Part shown: one piece after another, positions 60,536 through 64,000 of the stretch
How the letters are laid out: the number at the start of each line of letters is the position of its first letter
Numbering within the stretch: position 1 is the first letter of the stretch
Assembly: GCA_047602405.1 (NCBI GenBank)
Contig: JASGHJ010000002.1
Location: forward strand, 2,304,001-2,368,000
DNA from: Anaeromyxobacteraceae bacterium
Lineage (GTDB): Bacteria > Myxococcota > Myxococcia > Myxococcales > Anaeromyxobacteraceae
Reading direction: 5' to 3'
Length of the DNA stretch: 64,000 nt
Translations under genes and position numbers: made by a program
The notes under the pieces: generated by a model
The model's database searches: none
Told to the model about the DNA's origin: nothing
What the model saw: the letters and a program-made list of their open reading frames with translations, nothing else

Positions 60536-60694
60536 TTGTCCAAGATCCGCATCGTCGGCGAGTACCTCGCCTTCCTCCGCGAGCAGAAGAAGTGGTGGAT
60601 CCTGCCCATCGTGGTGGTGCTCCTCCTCCTCGGCGTTCTCATCGTCCTCACGAAGGGCAGCGCGCTCGCCCCCTTCATCTACGCGCTGTTCTAG
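60536..60694 (+). CDS. SxtK-like (DUF5989) small membrane protein, not in the ORF track
   Basis: TTG start after AGGGAG; MSKIRIVGEYLAFLREQKKWWILPIVVVLLLLGVLIVLTKGSALAPFIYALF. Confidence 0.88.
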   Translation: MSKIRIVGEYLAFLREQKKWWILPIVVVLLLLGVLIVLTKGSALAPFIYALF

Positions 60695-60697
60695 GCC

Positions 60698-62924
60698 GTG
60701 GCTCGCAAGAAGCCGCCCTCGGATCGTCACCGGCCGGCGCGGCCTGCGCCCGCCGCGCCTCCCGCCCCGCCCTCGCCCGCGCGGATTCGGGGCTTCCGGC
60801 TCTTCACCGTCGCCCTGCCGCTCCTCGCCCTCGCGCTCCTCGAAGGCGGGCTGCGCCTCGCCGGCTACGGGTTCGCGCCCGGGTTCACGCGGCCCTGCGA
60901 GACGGCCGGGATCCCCTCGTACTGCGAGAACCCGGACTTCACGAGGCAGTTCTTCCCGCCGGCGCTCGCCCGGCGGCCGAGCGCCTTCGCCTTCCCGCGC
61001 GAGAAGGGCCCGCGCACCGCGCGGGTGTTCGTCGTCGGCGAGTCCGCGGCGCAGGGCGATCCGGAGCCCGCCTTCGGCGTCGCGCGCTTCCTCCAGGCGA
61101 TGCTGGAGGCCGCGCTGCCCGGCGCGAAGGTGGAGGTCGTGAACGCGGGCGTGGTCGCGGTGAACTCGCACGCGCTCCTGCCGATCGTCCGCGACCTCGC
61201 CGGGCGCGGCGGCGACGTGGTCGTCGTCTACGCCGGCAACAACGAGGTCGTGGGCCCCTACGGCAACGGCACCGTGCTCACCGGGCGGCAGCCACCGCTC
61301 GGCCTCGTCCGCACCGCGGTCGCCCTTCGCTCGACGCGCATCGGCCAGCTCCTCGCCTCGGCGCTCCTCCCGCACGGCGAGGCGAGCCCGGAGGCCTGGC
61401 GCGGCATGGAGATGTTCCTCGGACAGCAGGTCCGGGCAGACGATCCGACCATGGCGAGCATCTACGCCGCATGGGAGGCGAACCTCCGCGACCTCGTCCG
61501 CGCCGCGCGGGACGGAGGCGCGCGTGTCGTCGTCGGCACGATGTCCACCCGGCTGCGGGGCTTCGCGCCTTTCGCCTCGCTCCACCGGCCCGGGCTCGCG
61601 GCCGCCGACCTCGCCCGCTGGGATGCGGCCTTCGCGCGCGGCGGGGCGGAGGCAGCGGCCGGCCGCGCGGCCGAGGCCCTCGCGGCCTTCCGCGAGGCCG
61701 CCGCCGTCGACGACGGCCACGCCGAGCTCGCCTACCGGATGGCGGAGGCGACCTGGGCCCTCGGCGATCGCGCCGCGGCGCGCGCCCTCTACGCGCGCGC
61801 CCGCGACCTCGACACCCTGCGCTTCCGCGCGGACACACGCGAGAACGCCCTCGCCCAGGAGGTGGCCCGCGCCGCCGGCGACGGGGTCGCGCTCGTGGAC
61901 GGGGAGGCGGCGGTGGACGCGGCCGACCCCGAGGGGCTCGCGGGCGGAGCGCTGCTCTGGGAGCACGCCCACCTGACGCCGGAGGGGAACCACGCGCTCG
62001 CCGCGGCGCTCCTCCCGGAGGTCATCGCCGCGCTGCCGGCGGGCCTGCGCCCCGACCGCGTCCCCGCCCCGCTCCCGTTCGAGGCCTGCGCGGCGCGCCT
62101 CGCGTTCACGGGGTTCGACCGGGCGCGCGTCGCGCGCGAGGTGCTGAACCGCCTCTCCCGCCCGCCGTTCACGGCGCAGCTCGACCACGCCGCCCAGGTC
62201 GCGGCCGTCGAGGCGCTCCGCGCGCGCGGGGCGACCGAGCCGCCCGGGGAGACCGAGGCCGCCTACCGGCGCGCGCTCTCCGCCGCCCCGGACGATCCCT
62301 GGCTCTGGCGCGGGCTCGCGCGCCTGTTCGACGCCCAGGACGACGCCGCCGTGCGCGTGGGCGGCCGCCCGGAGGGGCGCTCCGTCGAGCCGCTCCGCCA
62401 GGCCCTCCAGCTCTTGCCCGACGCCGCCGACCTCCGCCAGCTGCTCGCCGAGGCGCTCCTGCGGGTGGGGCGCCTCCCCGAGGCCGCCCGGGAGGCCGAG
62501 GAGCTCCTCCGGCGCCGCCCTGACCACGCGGGCGGCCACTACACGCTGGGCTCGATTCTTGCTCCGGCAGAACCGCGCCGGCGACGGGAAGCCTCACCTC
62601 GAGCGGGCGCTCGCGCTCGACCCGGGCCAGCTCGGCGCCCACCTCGAGCTCGCGAACCTCGCGGCGATGCGGGCCGACGGCCCCGAGGCCGCGCGCCACC
62701 TCGAGATCGCGGTCCGGCAGCGCCCGGACGACGCGGCCGTGCAGGGCCTGCTGGTGCGGCTCTACGAGCTGCAGGGCCGGCGCGCGGAGGCGGCCGTGAA
62801 GGCGCGGGAGGGCGCGGAGCGCCTGCGCGCCGCGGGGAGCGCCGCGGACGCCGCCGCGCTCCTCGACCGGGCCCGGGCGCTGGAGGCCGGCGGCGCCCCT
62901 ACCCCTTCACGGACCCCGCGGTGA
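60698..62924 (+). CDS. Membrane-anchored SGNH/GDSL-like protein with TPR repeats (frameshift ~62556)
   Basis: VFVVGESAAQG, VVNAG, YAGNNE, EHAHLT blocks; TPR-like helices. Confidence 0.8.
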
Positions 62925-63782
62925 GGCCGGAGACCAGGTACTCTGCAGGTAGAAGAACAGGGCCATGATCGGCAGGGACACGATGATCGAGCCCGCCGCG
63001 AAGTAGCCCCACTGCTGCTGGAAGCCGCCCACGAAGAAGCGCAGCCCGACCGGCGCCGTGTACATGCTCTCCTGGTCCATGAAGGTCGCGGCCAGGATGA
63101 ACTCGTTCCAGGCGGTCATGAACGAGAAGAGCGCGGTGATCGCGATTGCCGGCTTCGCGAGCGGCAGCACCACCGACCAGAAGATCTTCCCGGCGCTCGC
63201 GCCCTCGATGACCGCCGCCTCCTCGAGCTCCTTCGGGATGGTGTCGAAGTAGCCCTTCAGCATCCAGACCGAGAACGGGATGGAGGTCGTCGAGTAGACG
63301 ATGATGAGGCCCCAGTGGCTGGAGCCGAGCCCGAGCCACTGCACGATGATGATGTAGAGCGGGATGAGGGTCAGCACGCCCGGGAACATCTGCGAGACGA
63401 GGAACGACATCATCCCGAAGCGCCGGCCGGGGAACTTGAAGCGGCTGAAGGCGTAGGCCGCGGTGCAGGCGAGCGCGACGCCCACGATCGTCGAGGCGAT
63501 GGCGATGAGGACGCTGTTCGCGATCCAGCGTCCGAAGGGCTGGTCGGCCATCACGGACGTGAAGTTCGAGAACGACCAGGCCTGCGGCCAGGGCATCACC
63601 GCCCGGAGCCGGTCGAGGAAGCCCGGCTCGGCCGGGAGATCCGCGATCGCGAGGCTCTGCTTGCCCGAGAACGCGATCGAGACGACCCAGAGCACCGGGT
63701 AGACCGTGTAGAGGACCGTCAGGATCAGGAAGGTGTGGAGGACCCAGTGCGGGGTGCGCTCCTCGCGGCGCGAGGTGGCCAT
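62899..63782 (-). CDS. malG: Maltose/maltodextrin ABC permease MalG (frameshift ~62945)
   Basis: AYAFSRFKFPGR, QMFP, KGYFDTIPKELEEAAVIEGA, LVSGLTAGSVKG. Confidence 0.9.
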
Positions 63783-64000
63783 CTAGATCCCCTCCGTCGC
63801 GCGGGTGACCCGGTTCTGGAAGTTCCCGTAGACGAGCAGGATCCCGAAGATCACCGTCGCGTACGCCGCCGCGTAGCCGTACTGGTACTTCTGGAACGCG
63901 AACTTGTACGCCTGCGTGATCAGGATCTCGGTCGCGCCGTTCGGCTCGCCGCCGGTCACGAGGAAGATGATGTTGAACATGTTGAAGGTCCACACCACCG
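63783..64000 (-). CDS. malF: Sugar ABC permease MalF, 3' part (runs off the window)
   Basis: WTFNMFNIIFLVTGGEP...TEILITQAYKFAF...YGYAAA. Confidence 0.82.
   Translation of the reverse strand, partial: VVWTFNMFNIIFLVTGGEPNGATEILITQAYKFAFQKYQYGYAAAYATVIFGILLVYGNFQNRVTRATEGI

Noticed and set aside
58282..60694. Saxitoxin biosynthesis
   Set aside because: Only sxtI/J/K-like genes are present; no sxtA, sxtG or other core genes in the window.

Overview
High-GC bacterial DNA. Gene content and codon style suggest Myxococcota, Anaeromyxobacter-like (inference). (1) 1-3.8 kb is one end of an element integrated at tRNA-Arg(CCT): tyrosine integrase, excisionase-like HTH, an orphan nuclease-like cargo gene and a deleted serine resolvase. 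(2) 3.9-39.4 kb is a housekeeping/signalling mix: KirBac channel, gloA, two divergent hybrid kinases (one with 11-12 tandem 92-aa HAMP units), HDOD proteins, a sigma54 two-component cluster, a GlpX-like orphan, an HNH-like protein, a HipA-like kinase/DUF3037 pair and a CoA-disulfide reductase. (3) 39.4-64 kb is a large alpha-glucan (starch/pullulan/maltodextrin) locus: four lipoprotein GH13 enzymes, an AGE-family epimerase lipoprotein, DOMON-like proteins, an unassigned 645-aa putative outer-membrane barrel with two partner lipoproteins, and malF/malG. An sxtI/J/K-like carbamoyltransferase + SGNH-TPR module sits inside it. Best leads: the SusC/LamB-free glucan uptake module, a pair of covarying ~260-bp structured elements at 21.4-22.1 kb, and 9 of about 12 frameshifts falling at or beside GATC, which suggests a modified-motif sequencing artefact rather than pseudogenes. 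All assignments come from reading motifs by eye; no searches were run.
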